A stretch of DNA of 64,000 nt from an uncultured Thermoleophilia bacterium (GTDB lineage Bacteria > Actinomycetota > Thermoleophilia > Miltoncostaeales > Miltoncostaeaceae). The DNA is taken from NCBI GenBank assembly GCA_963842065.1, contig CAWJEW010000007.1, positions 146,707 through 210,706 on the forward strand, in the 5' to 3' direction. Made by a program: the position numbers and the translations under genes. Shown piece by piece: positions 1-9,409 of this stretch; the first letter of the stretch is position 1; the number at the start of each line of letters is the position of its first letter. Below the pieces are notes generated by a model that did not search any database, was not told the DNA's origin, and worked only from the letters and a program-made list of their open reading frames with translations.

Positions 1-1
1 C

Positions 2-307
2 GTGCGCATCGTGATCCCTGCCGCGCTGCCGGGCATACTCACCGGCGTCGTGCTCGCGATCGCCCGTGCCGCCGGAGAAACGGCCCCACTGCTGTTCACG
101 GCCGGGTACAGTAACTTCTTTTCGACGAACGTCTGGCAGCCGATGGCGTCGATGCCCATCGTGATCTACAACCTTGTCATCAATGCGCGCACCCCGCAGT
201 CCACGCAGTTCGCCTGGGGCGCGACGCTGGTGTTAGTCGCGATGGTTCTGATGTTAAATCTGACTGCGCGACTTGTTGGACACCTCGCGCGTGGATCGGA
301 GCGTTAA
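2..307 (+). CDS. pstA: phosphate ABC transporter permease PstA, C-terminal fragment (5' end lies outside the window)
   Basis: The translation carries an ABC-permease cytoplasmic loop ([15 protein letters not shown]) and a final TM helix. The stop TAA overlaps the pstB ATG (TAATG). Confidence 0.85.
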   Translation: MRIVIPAALPGILTGVVLAIARAAGETAPLLFTAGYSNFFSTNVWQPMASMPIVIYNLVINARTPQSTQFAWGATLVLVAMVLMLNLTARLVGHLARGSER

Positions 308-1194
308 TGAGCGACGGATCCCCCTTGGAGCAGGCCATGCCGGCCGAGTCTGAACCGACACCCCCGTCCGAACACGCCGAGGCGAGCGCCGCCCCGGTCA
401 GTGCACCGGTCACCAGCGACGTGCCGCTCTTGTCGCGGGAGTTGAGTTGCTACTACGGCAAGCATCACGCGGTCGACAGTGTCACGCTCGAGTTCCGACA
501 GAATTCTGTCAACGCGCTTATCGGCCCCTCAGGCTGCGGCAAGAGCACCTACCTGCGCTCCCTGAACCGGATGCACGAACTCATTCCGAACGCCTACAAC
601 ACCGGCGAGGCCATCTTGCGCGGCACCGACATCTTCGCGCGCGGCTCGGATCCGGTCGCAATCCGGCGGGCCATCGGCATGGTGTTCCAGCGTCCGAACC
701 CGTTCCCGACCAAGTCGATCGCAGACAACGTGCTGGCCGGGCCGAAGTTCAACCGCATCAAGCTGTCGCGTTCAGACCGTAGCGATCTGGTCGAGCACAC
801 GCTGCGCGGCGCCGGCCTGTGGAACGAGGTCAAGAGCCGTTTGAACGCGCCCGCCGGCGGACTGTCCGGTGGACAGCAGCAGCGGCTGTGCATCGCTCGG
901 GCACTGGCGGTCGAACCCGAGGTGCTGCTGATGGACGAGCCGTGCTCGGCCCTCGATCCGCAGTCGACGCTGCGCATCGAGGACCTGATCCAGGAGCTCA
1001 AGGACCGTGTCACCATCGTCATCGTCACGCACAACATGCAGCAGGCAGCGCGTGTGTCGGACACGACGGCGTTTTTCACCATCACCAACGAGGGCGAGCC
1101 AGGTCGCCTGATCGAGGTCGGCAAGACCGAAGAGATCTTCTCGAGCCCGAAGGACCCGCAGACCGAGGCGTACGTCTCCGGCCGCTTCGGCTAA
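307..1194 (+). CDS. pstB: phosphate ABC transporter ATP-binding protein PstB
   Basis: Walker [10 protein letters not shown], signature LSGGQQQRL and Walker B LLMDEP are present, with a PstB-type C-terminus. There is a roughly 40-aa acidic/Pro-rich N-terminal extension. An alternative in-frame GTG start lies at 421. Confidence 0.9.
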   Translation: MSDGSPLEQAMPAESEPTPPSEHAEASAAPVSAPVTSDVPLLSRELSCYYGKHHAVDSVTLEFRQNSVNALIGPSGCGKSTYLRSLNRMHELIPNAYNTGEAILRGTDIFARGSDPVAIRRAIGMVFQRPNPFPTKSIADNVLAGPKFNRIKLSRSDRSDLVEHTLRGAGLWNEVKSRLNAPAGGLSGGQQQRLCIARALAVEPEVLLMDEPCSALDPQSTLRIEDLIQELKDRVTIVIVTHNMQQAARVSDTTAFFTITNEGEPGRLIEVGKTEEIFSSPKDPQTEAYVSGRFG

Positions 1195-1222
1195 GGGCGG
1201 CGCCACGCAGAGGGCCGCCCTT
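1193..1222. terminator. GC-rich hairpin between convergent pstB and the UPF0104 gene (possible bidirectional terminator)
   Basis: aagggcggc (1193-1201) pairs with gccgccctt (1214-1222), giving a 9-bp stem and 12-nt loop. There is no clear U-tract. Confidence 0.4.
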
Positions 1223-2282
1223 ACTCGGTTGCGGCGGCGACCTCGGTCTCTTCGCTTTCGAGCTCGACGGCTTCGGCCTCGGCCTCCCGCCGCAGCTGGC
1301 CAAAGCTGACGCCCTCGAACAGCAGGAAGACGAACCCGGCCGCGACGCCGACGATGATCTCCGTGAACTGCAGCACCACCGAGAACGCGATCGCCTGCGA
1401 TGCCGGCACGCCGTAGGTTGCCGTGAGCGGAACGACCGCCGCGGCCTGAAAGATCACCAGGTTGCCCGGCAGGAGGGGAAACGCTTGGGCGAGCGTGATC
1501 GTGACCAGGAGAAGGCCGGCGCCACCCCAGCCGACATAGCCCAGGCCGAACGCACGCAGGGTGCAGTAGATCCCGGTCCACTGCGCGAACCAGGTCAGCA
1601 GGCTCGCACTACCCACCATGGCGAAGCGGCTGGGACTGCGCAGCACGAGATGGCTCTCGCGCACCGCGCCCCAGAGGCGCGAGGCTGCCCGCATCGCCTT
1701 GGCAACGAGGGACCCGTGGGCCAGCCACGGCGGTGGCTGGTGCCCGGTCGCGGTCATCGTGGCGTACCCGACGATCAGCGCGGCGGCCGCACCGATCACC
1801 AGGCTCGCGATCCATGCATACAGCGGCAGCGGCAAGAACAGGCCGATCCCGATGACCAGCACGACCCACATGAGCGTGCCGACCAGGTTCTCTGCCACGA
1901 CCGTGCCCAGCAAGGCCGTCGCGGAAATGTCCTCGCCGCGCGCGACCAGCCTGCGCCGGGCGAGCGCGACCTTGACCAGCTCGCCCAGACGCGCGGCAAG
2001 CAGCGTATTGAACAGGAACCCGATGAACACCGGCGGCATCAGGTCCCGGTAGCGCGTGCGGTGGCGCAGCCCCGGCAAGCCGTCGACGATCCCCTTCCAG
2101 ACCAGGCCCTTGAAGCCGACCGAGACGAAGTTCGCCAGGACGGCCAGCAACAGGAACCACCACGACGACGGATGGACCACCAGGCGGGCACTCGACCAGT
2201 TGACGCGCCAGATGACCACAAGCGCAACGACCACGACGATCGCGGCCCGGACGATGTGCAGGAGCCACCGGCGCCCGCCCAT
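1221..2282 (-). CDS. multi-pass membrane protein, UPF0104 / lysylphosphatidylglycerol-synthase TM-region-like (flippase-like) family
   Basis: This is the ORF 1221..2417 trimmed to the internal ATG at 2282, so that it no longer overlaps the upstream deacetylase gene. Hydrophobic helices run throughout and the C-terminal tail is acidic. The family call comes from overall resemblance only. Confidence 0.55.
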   Translation of the reverse strand: MGGRRWLLHIVRAAIVVVVALVVIWRVNWSSARLVVHPSSWWFLLLAVLANFVSVGFKGLVWKGIVDGLPGLRHRTRYRDLMPPVFIGFLFNTLLAARLGELVKVALARRRLVARGEDISATALLGTVVAENLVGTLMWVVLVIGIGLFLPLPLYAWIASLVIGAAAALIVGYATMTATGHQPPPWLAHGSLVAKAMRAASRLWGAVRESHLVLRSPSRFAMVGSASLLTWFAQWTGIYCTLRAFGLGYVGWGGAGLLLVTITLAQAFPLLPGNLVIFQAAAVVPLTATYGVPASQAIAFSVVLQFTEIIVGVAAGFVFLLFEGVSFGQLRREAEAEAVELESEETEVAAATE

Positions 2283-2302
2283 CCGTTCGGCGGCGCGGGC
2301 GG

Positions 2303-3181
2303 TCACACACCCACCAGCTCGTCGAACCGCACGAGCGACAGGCCCCGATCGCGCGCCGCGGCGCAGATACCCGGAATCGCCTCGACCGTCTGCGGGCGCG
2401 CCCGCGTCGAGTCCCATCCGTCGGCGTCATGCAGGAGGATCACGGCACCTGGGACGAGCGCCTTCGCGGTCCGGGCCACGATCGTCTCGACACCGGGCTC
2501 GGCCGTGTCCCACACGCCCGTTGTCCAAGCCGCCATCCGATACCCGCGCCGGCGCGCCGACATCCAGGTGGCGGGACCGCGAAATCCGTGCGGAGCACGG
2601 AAATAGCGGGTCAGCGCGTCCGGGCCCGCGGCGGCCAGCACGGCCTCCTCGGTCGCCCTCAGCTGCTGCTCGACATATCGTGGACCGCGAAAGATCAGTA
2701 TGCCGTGGTCATACCCGTGACTGGCGATCTGATGACCCTCCTGGTGCATGCGGGCGATCAGCTCGGGGTGGGCGCGCACCTGACGCCCGAGCACAAAGAA
2801 CGTCGCGCGCGCGCGCTCGTCCGCCAGCACGTCAAGCAGCTCGCCGGTCGACGGGCCCGGCCCGTCGTCGAACGTCAGCGCCGCCTGGATGCCGGCCGCC
2901 GGACCCCGGCTCACCGTCGGGCCGAACAGCGGCACCCTCGGCACGAACGCGGCCGCCCCAAGCGCGCCGGCACCAGCGACGACGCCCGCGGCGGCGGCCC
3001 GTCGCCCGGATGCCGCCAGGCCAAGCGCAACCACCCCGGCGGCTGCCCCAAGCGCGGCCGCGCGCCCAACCGCCTGGTTCTTTCGCATTGGATCAGCCAC
3101 GTCGGAACGCTCGATTGCGGGGTGGCCGGACGGGGCGTCGTGCGTTGGGTCTCCACGCGCCGCAGACGAGCGCGCCACCAC
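2303..3181 (-). CDS. polysaccharide deacetylase (NodB homology domain) with N-terminal membrane anchor
   Basis: NodB motifs FDDGP and HGYDH are present, together with an Ala/Gly-rich hydrophobic N-terminus. Confidence 0.8.
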   Translation of the reverse strand: MVARSSAARGDPTHDAPSGHPAIERSDVADPMRKNQAVGRAAALGAAAGVVALGLAASGRRAAAAGVVAGAGALGAAAFVPRVPLFGPTVSRGPAAGIQAALTFDDGPGPSTGELLDVLADERARATFFVLGRQVRAHPELIARMHQEGHQIASHGYDHGILIFRGPRYVEQQLRATEEAVLAAAGPDALTRYFRAPHGFRGPATWMSARRRGYRMAAWTTGVWDTAEPGVETIVARTAKALVPGAVILLHDADGWDSTRARPQTVEAIPGICAAARDRGLSLVRFDELVGV

Positions 3182-3323
3182 GTCGGCCAGGATTCCCGCA
3201 TCGTACCAACGCGTTCACTGCTGACGAACGCCGTTGTTTTTGGCACACTCTCATCCAGAGTGCCAAATTCGTCCGCAGCGGACGCTCCGCTGACGGGCCA
3301 CCGAACGCCGGACGAGGTGCCAC

Positions 3324-3656
3324 GTGCCGACTTACGTTTACCGTTGCCGTGATTGCGACCACTTCTTCGAAGTCGTGCAGAGCATGAGCGACGACCCCGT
3401 GACCGTCTGCGAGGCGTGCGGGGGCGAGGTCATGCGGGTGCTGTTCGCCCCGGCGATCCACTTCAAGGGCTCCGGCTTCCACAACACCGACTACGGGACC
3501 AAGCGGCGCCCGGTGGGTGGCGAGGACGGCACCGACGGCGCACCCGCGAAGGCGGCTGACGGCGCGTCCGGGGGCGCCGCGAACGGCGCCGGAGCGTCGT
3601 CCGGTGAGGGCTCGAGCTCGAGTTCGACCAAGACGGTCGGGCTCGACAAGGTCTAG
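3324..3656 (+). CDS. FmdB-family zinc-ribbon putative regulatory protein with Gly/Ala/Ser-rich tail
   Basis: The N-terminus MPTYVYRCRDCDHFFE...CEACGG has the CxxC...CxxC pattern typical of the FmdB/CxxC_CxxC_SSSS family. Confidence 0.8.
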   Translation: MPTYVYRCRDCDHFFEVVQSMSDDPVTVCEACGGEVMRVLFAPAIHFKGSGFHNTDYGTKRRPVGGEDGTDGAPAKAADGASGGAANGAGASSGEGSSSSSTKTVGLDKV

Positions 3657-3662
3657 CCGGTT

Positions 3663-3684
3663 GGCGACGTCACGGAACGTCGCC
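3663..3684. terminator. hairpin between convergent fmdB-like and LCP genes
   Basis: ggcgacg (3663-3669) pairs with cgtcgcc (3678-3684), giving a 7-bp stem. Confidence 0.3.
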
Positions 3685-3689
3685 CCCGC

Positions 3690-4889
3690 CTAGTTCGTGC
3701 CCATGAAGGCCCTCTTGGCCGCCGCGCTCTGGACCGGGTCGTTGACGACGTAGTCGACGTTGCCAATGTAGGTCGGCGTTCCCGGCAACAGGAAGCGGTC
3801 CTTGCTGGGCTGACTGAGGGTCATCTCGAGCCATCCGAGTTCGGTCAGGTCGGTGGTGCTCATGTCCGTCGAGAGCGCGTTGACCAGGGAGGCGGCGTTC
3901 CAGGGCGCCTTCCAGAGCAGGGTCGGCGAGACAATCTTGGACTTGAGCGCCGCGAGGAAGACCTGCTGGCGCCGCTCGCGCTGGAAGTCCGTGTCGCAAT
4001 CGCGGACGCGCACGTACTGCAGCGCCGTCGTCCCGTTCAGGGAGATCGGACCACCGGGGAAACTCACCTTGATGCCGCCCGGGTAGCTGCAATCCTTGAG
4101 CGGGGTTGGATTGTTGAGCGTCACACCGCCCAGATCGTTGACGACCTGAGTCAGGCCGTCGAAGCTCACGATGACGACGTGGTTCACGGGCAAGCCCGTG
4201 AACTGCTCCACGGTCCTGATCGCACCGACCTGGCCGGCGAAGAAATAGGCCGCGTTGATCTTCTGGTTCTGCACGTACCCACCGCAGGACGGGCAGCTTT
4301 GACTGTCGATCAGCGTGTCGCGCGGGATCGACAGGTACTTGATCGTCCCCGCATTCGGATCCACGCGCATGATCATCATGGTGTCCGAGCGGGAGGCCCC
4401 CTGACCGGGTCGCGCATCCGAGCCGATGAACAGAATATTTGTCGGCGTCGTCAGCATCGATCCGTGGCTCGGCGTGAGCGCCTCCTTGGCCGACGCCGTA
4501 ATGCGCGCGTTGGACGCGGAGACCGCATTGTTGAGCGCGATGTATCCCGCGATCCCCCAGACGAGGAACAGGGCCACCAGGACGACCGCGATGCGCCATG
4601 TCCAGCCGAGCCATCCGATCCCCCGCAGCGACCACCAACGGCGCTTCGGCGAGCCCGGGGGCAGATCGCCCGAACCCGATGTGCCCGTCGGGCGTCCGGG
4701 GGGCGGTGGCGGTGGCGCCGCGGAACCCAGGCGCGACGGGCGCGGCGGCGTCGCCACCGCGGACCGCGCGGATCCGCCGGCGCGCGCGACCTCACCATCG
4801 GTCATGCGTCGCAATTCCTCGATCCCGCCCGATGCGGATCCGGGATGAACGCGGAAACGCCGGTAGACCTTCGTGGTATTCGTCGTCAT
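3690..4889 (-). CDS. LytR-CpsA-Psr (LCP) family cell-envelope phosphotransferase
   Basis: The LCP core LFIGSDAR...SDTMMIMRVDP...YLSIPRDT is present, preceded by a Pro-rich cytoplasmic N-terminus and one TM helix. The start is placed at the ATG at 4889; the ORF track extends to 5024. Confidence 0.8.
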   Translation of the reverse strand: MTTNTTKVYRRFRVHPGSASGGIEELRRMTDGEVARAGGSARSAVATPPRPSRLGSAAPPPPPPGRPTGTSGSGDLPPGSPKRRWWSLRGIGWLGWTWRIAVVLVALFLVWGIAGYIALNNAVSASNARITASAKEALTPSHGSMLTTPTNILFIGSDARPGQGASRSDTMMIMRVDPNAGTIKYLSIPRDTLIDSQSCPSCGGYVQNQKINAAYFFAGQVGAIRTVEQFTGLPVNHVVIVSFDGLTQVVNDLGGVTLNNPTPLKDCSYPGGIKVSFPGGPISLNGTTALQYVRVRDCDTDFQRERRQQVFLAALKSKIVSPTLLWKAPWNAASLVNALSTDMSTTDLTELGWLEMTLSQPSKDRFLLPGTPTYIGNVDYVVNDPVQSAAAKRAFMGTN

Positions 4890-4948
4890 GCGTGGGAGAT
4901 GGTAGCGACCTGCAGATTCGAGTCGGTGATCCCCGGGCAGAGGACAAC

Positions 4949-5809
4949 GTGAACACATCAGCGACGGACGCCCGCCTGTCGGTCGTCGCAACGCCCATCG
5001 GGAACTTGAGCGACATTTCGCCACGAGCGCGCGAGACCCTGCGCGAGGCCGACGTCATCGCCTGCGAAGACACGCGACGCACCGGTTTGCTCTTGCAGGC
5101 CCTGGCGCTGAAGGTACCGCTTGTCAGCCTTCATGCCCATAACGAAGCCGCGCGGCTTCCCGAACTCTTAACGCGCCTTGAGGGCGGCGCGCGAGTCGCG
5201 CTGGTCAGCGACGCGGGCATGCCGGGAGTAAGCGACCCAGGTGCACGCCTGGTGGACGCCGCGCATGCCCACGGGATCACGGTTGAGGTCATCCCGGGTC
5301 CGAGCGCGGTCACGGCGGCCATCGCGGCCTCCGGAGCGCCGGCCGATCGCTTCGCCTTCGCGGGGTTCCTGCCGCGCAAGACGGGCGAACGGGCCGCGCT
5401 GCTTGCACAACTCGACCGCCTGGGCTGGCCGGTCGTCGGATTCGAGAGCCCACAGCGCCTGGCGGGACTGCTCGCCGACATCGCCAACCACGATCCACAA
5501 CGGCGCGTGGCGATCTGTCGGGAACTCAGCAAGCTGCACGAGGAGACCATCGTCGGTCCGGCAGCGGACCTGGCGCCGCGGTTTGCGGCGGAGCCAGTGC
5601 GCGGCGAGATCACCCTGGTGCTCTGGCCGGGCGACCACGCGAGACGCGCAGCCGCGGACACGCAGCATCTGCAGGCGGTGGTTGCGACGCTCCTCGACGC
5701 GGGGCTGAGCGCCGGACAGGCGGCTGACGTCGCGGCCAAGATCGGGGCCGGACCCCGCAATACGGCCTACCGGACGGCCCTTGCCGAAGCCAGGCGCCGA
5801 AACACATAA
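4949..5809 (+). CDS. rsmI: 16S rRNA (cytidine1402-2'-O)-methyltransferase RsmI
   Basis: LSVVATPIGNLSDISPRA...IACEDTR is the tetrapyrrole-methylase-fold RsmI signature. The start is placed at GTG 4949. The longer track ORF from 4598 is Arg/Pro-rich and looks non-coding. Confidence 0.85.
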   Translation: MNTSATDARLSVVATPIGNLSDISPRARETLREADVIACEDTRRTGLLLQALALKVPLVSLHAHNEAARLPELLTRLEGGARVALVSDAGMPGVSDPGARLVDAAHAHGITVEVIPGPSAVTAAIAASGAPADRFAFAGFLPRKTGERAALLAQLDRLGWPVVGFESPQRLAGLLADIANHDPQRRVAICRELSKLHEETIVGPAADLAPRFAAEPVRGEITLVLWPGDHARRAAADTQHLQAVVATLLDAGLSAGQAADVAAKIGAGPRNTAYRTALAEARRRNT

Positions 5810-6283
5810 TCTGGGCGGGGGGGTGGGCCGCCCCCGCCCGAGATCTTCGCAATGCGTGCCCAATCGCCGACGATGAGGGCGCGCACGAGCTGTTCCTCGG
5901 TCGGCGCAAGCGTGACCGGATAGCCACCCACCGACGCCGACCTGGACCAGGCGCGCGCGGTCTGCTCATCGGGCTCCAGCCCCCATTCGGCCCCCACGAC
6001 GCTGATCCCGGCGCTGACATCGATCTCGACGCCCTCCAGGACGCACTGCCCCCGCAGCGACGACCACCCGTCGCGCTGGTCCAATTCGAGCACGCAGCCA
6101 AGGGCCGCCGGCGGCGCGCTCGGCATCGGCGGCGGCGATCTCGATGTCGAGGTCCCGCGGCTCGGCAGCGGCCCCCGCCAGTGCCCGCGCCGCCGATCCG
6201 GCGAGCATCCAATCCACTCCTGCGACCTCGAGACGCCGGGCAACCTCGGTCAGCGCCGCGGCGAGCCGCGGCCGCAGCCGCAC
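5767..6283 (-). pseudogene. small nucleotidyltransferase-fold-like protein, apparently split by a 1-nt frame break near 6100-6118
   Basis: The N-terminal half (GTG 6283) reads VRLRPRLAAALTEVARRLEVAGVDWMLAGS...PRDLDIEI. The C-terminal half continues in another frame (ALGCVLELDQRDGW...) to the stop at 5767. The family call is tentative. Confidence 0.35.
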
Positions 6284-6301
6284 GTCTAGACTGTTGGACT
6301 C

Positions 6302-7829
6302 GTGAGCCACGATCGCTTCTACGTCACCACGCCGATCTACTACGTCAACGCCGACCCGCATGTCGGGCACGCGTACACCACGATCATGGCGGACATCTTC
6401 GCGCGCCATCACCGCCAGCGCAGGGAGGACGTCTTCTTCTTGACGGGCACCGACGAACATGGTGCGAAGATCGCGCGCGCCGCCGAGGCCGCCGGACATT
6501 CGCCCAAGGCGCATGCCGACGCGCTGTCGGCGAAGTTCCGCGACCTCGGCCGGGTGCTGGAGGCGAGCAACGACTTTTTCATCCGCACGACGGACCCCGA
6601 GCACATCGCCGAGGTTCAGCGCCTGCTGAGCCTCCTCCACGAGCGGGGTGACATCTACAAGGGCAGCTACGGCGGCTGGTACTGCACCCCGTGCGAGGCG
6701 TTCTACGTCGAGGGCGAGCTTGGCGAGGGCCACACGTGCCCGATCCACGGAACCCCGGTCGAGTGGCTGGAGGAAGACAACTGGTTCTTCCGGCTCTCGT
6801 CGTATCGCGACCGGCTCCTGGCCCACTACGACTCCCACCCGGACTGGGTCGTGCCGACCCCGCGCTTCAACGAGGCGCGCCGCATGATCGAAGCCGGGCT
6901 CGAGGACCTGTCGATCTCGCGCTCGCAGATCTCGTGGGGGGTGCCGGTGCCGTGGGACCCCGAGCAGGTGATCTACGTCTGGGTCGACGCACTGTTCAAC
7001 TACTGGACCGCGCTCGGCTACGGCGCCGGCACCGATGGCGCGCGCTTCTGGCCCCCGGATCTGCAGCTCATGGCCAAGGACATCCTCAAGTTCCACGCGG
7101 TGATCTGGCCCGCGTTGCTGATCGCCGCCGAGCTCGCGTTGCCGCGGCGCCTGGCCATCCACGGCTACGTGCTCAAGGGCGGCGAGAAGATGAGCAAGAC
7201 CACCGGGAACCTGGTCGATCCGTTCCCGTTCATCGAGGACTACGGCATCGACGCGCTGCGGTACTACCTGAGCCGTGAGATCCGGTTTGGCGACGACGGC
7301 ACGTTCAGCGCCGAGGGCTTCGACGCCCGCTACACGGGCGAGCTGGCGAACGAACTCGGGAACCTGCTCAACCGCACGGTGAGCATGGTCGCCCGCTACC
7401 GCGGCGGTGTCGTGCCCGGCGATCGGGGCACGGATGACGAGCTCGCGGCGGAGGTCGCCCAGCGCCAGAGCCGAGATCATCGCGGCGTTCGACAACACCG
7501 ACATCACGCGGGCAGTCGAGACGGCCTGGGTGCTCGTGCGGGTGCTCAACCGGCTGGTCGAGCAGCGCGCGCCGTGGGTGCTCGCCAAGGACCCGGACGC
7601 GGCGACGCAGCTCGACCAGGTGCTGTTCTCGCTCGTCGCCGGGCTGAAATCGGTCGTGATCCTGTTGTGGCCGATCATCCCGGCGAGCGCCGAACGGGCG
7701 CTCGCGTCCCTCGGCCAGGATCCGTCCCAGGTCCAGCTGTCGTCCACGGCCTGGGGCGACGGGATCGCCGGCGCGCGCGTCACGCCGATCCCGCCGCTGT
7801 TCCCGCGCGTGGAAGGACGCCCGGAGTAG
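6302..7829 (+). pseudogene. metG: methionine--tRNA ligase, one apparent +1 frame break near 7455-7470
   Basis: A HIGH-type motif (ADPHVGHAY) and KMSKS (GEKMSKTTG) lie in the frame of 6302. The anticodon-binding helices (AEIIAAFDNTDITRAVETAWVLVRVLNRLVEQRAPWVLAK) continue in the frame of ORF 7407..7829. Confidence 0.85.
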
Positions 7830-8575
7830 TCGACACCCACGCGCACCTGGAGTCCTTAGAGGGCGAGATTGAGGCGGTCCTGGCCGCGGCGGTGGCCCAC
7901 GGAGTCGAGCGCATCGTCGGTATCGGCATGGGGCGCGAATCGAGCCTGCGCACGCTCGCGCTCGCCGAGGCGCACGACGAGATCTGGGCCGCGGTCGGCG
8001 TGCATCCCAACAGCGCTGCGACTTGGACCGACGCTGACGCCGCATGGATCGCCGAGCTTGCCCGCCATCCGCGCGTCGTGGCGATCGGCGAATGCGGGAT
8101 GGACTTCTATCGCGACGCTGCGACCCCGGCCCAGCAGGAGCGCGCGTTCCGCGCCCAGATCGCCATCGCGCGCGCGGCCGGGTTGCCGCTGGTCGTCCAC
8201 ACCCGCGAGGCGAGCGACGCGACGCTCGGCATCCTGCGCGAGGCTGCCCTCGGCATGGCCGTAGTCCTGCACTGCTTTTCGATGGTCGAGGACATCGAGG
8301 AGGTCATCGACGCCGGCTGGTACGCGAGCTTCGCCGGCCCGCTGACGTACAAGCCCAACGACCAGCTGCGCGCCGCCGCCGCGCGGATGCCCGCCGAGCG
8401 CATCCTCGTCGAGACCGACAGCCCCTACCTGGCTCCGGTGCCGCTGCGGGGTAAGCGCAACCAGCCGGCGTATGTCGCACACACGCTCGCCAAGCTTGCC
8501 GAGGTCCGGGGCATCGATGTTGCCACCTGTGATGAGCTCACCACCGCCAACGCCTCCCGCGTCTTCGGCTGGTAG
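7826..8575 (+). CDS. tatD: TatD-family metal-dependent hydrolase; the start codon is unresolved
   Basis: VVDTHAHL...ECGMDFY...VVHTREA...HCFS...ETDSPYL are TatD motifs. They lie in the same frame as the metG 5' half, which produces the artefactual 757-aa track ORF. Confidence 0.8.
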   Translation, partial: VVDTHAHLESLEGEIEAVLAAAVAHGVERIVGIGMGRESSLRTLALAEAHDEIWAAVGVHPNSAATWTDADAAWIAELARHPRVVAIGECGMDFYRDAATPAQQERAFRAQIAIARAAGLPLVVHTREASDATLGILREAALGMAVVLHCFSMVEDIEEVIDAGWYASFAGPLTYKPNDQLRAAAARMPAERILVETDSPYLAPVPLRGKRNQPAYVAHTLAKLAEVRGIDVATCDELTTANASRVFGW

Positions 8576-8600
8576 CCCCCCGCCGAACGCGCGCGTTCGG

Positions 8601-9409
8601 GTGATTCGCCTGTTGGAGGCGCACGGGCTGTCGCCCGAACACCGACCTCGGCCAGCACTTTCTCGCCGACGAGAACCTGGTCGACCTGTCGCTGCGCGAG
8701 GCCAGGCTCACACCGGCGGACGTCGTGCTCGAGGTCGGCGCGGGCGTCGGCGTCCTGACGCGCGCCCTGGCCGGGGCGGTGGCATGGGTTCACGCGGTTG
8801 AGATCGACACGCGCCTGGAGCCGCTGCTGACCGAGGTCTTGCAGGGACAGGCGAACGTCACGGTCCTCTGGCAGGACGCGATGCGCCTGGAGCTCGGCAC
8901 GCTTGCCCCGGCGCCGACGGCGCTGGTCAGCAACCTGCCGTACGCCATCGCGACGCCGCTGGTCGTCGAGAGCACCTGGCAGCTCCCGGCGCTGCGGGTC
9001 TGGTCGGTGATGGTGCAGCGCGAGGTCGCCGACCGCTGGACCGCGCGCCCGGGCGATCCGGCCTACGGCGCGCCGTCCGTGCTGGTGCAGCTCGCGGCGG
9101 AGCTGGCGTTTCGGCGCAACGTCGGCCGCGAGGTCTTCGTGCCTCGGCCGCGCGTCGAGTCCGCCCTGATCGTGCTCCGTCGCACCGGTCCGGGGGCCGC
9201 ACCCGAGCTGCGTGCCCTCGTGAGAGCCGCGTTTGCCCAGCGGCGCAAGACCCTTGCCAACAACCTCACCGCCCACGCGATCGCGCGCGCCGACGTCGCC
9301 GGCGTGCTTGGAGGAGCTCGGACTGCCCGCGGCAGCCCGGCCCGAGCACCTGGCGCCGGACCAATACCGCATCCTCGCCGACCGACTGCCATGGCCGACC
9401 GTCTCGTAA
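8601..9409 (+). pseudogene. rsmA: 16S rRNA (adenine1518/1519-N6)-dimethyltransferase RsmA/KsgA, two apparent +1 frame breaks (about 8634-8640 and about 9305-9312)
   Basis: Three frame segments join into one protein: (V)IRLLEAHGLSP, then DLGQHFLADENLV...VLEVGAGVGVLT...SNLPYAI...RKTLANNL, then EELGLPAAARPEHLAPDQYRILADRL with stop at 9407-9409. Confidence 0.85.

Noticed and set aside
307-430. The acidic/Pro-rich 40-aa N-terminal extension of PstB, considered as a separate feature.
   Set aside because: It may simply reflect start-codon choice (ATG 307 overlapping the pstA stop, versus in-frame GTG 421). There is no independent evidence that it is functional.
6302-8575. An apparent 757-aa MetG-TatD fusion protein.
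   Set aside because: The middle about 120 residues are Arg/Gly/His junk. The true MetRS C-terminal domain is in the +1 frame and ends at 7829, so the fusion is produced by the frame break at about 7460.
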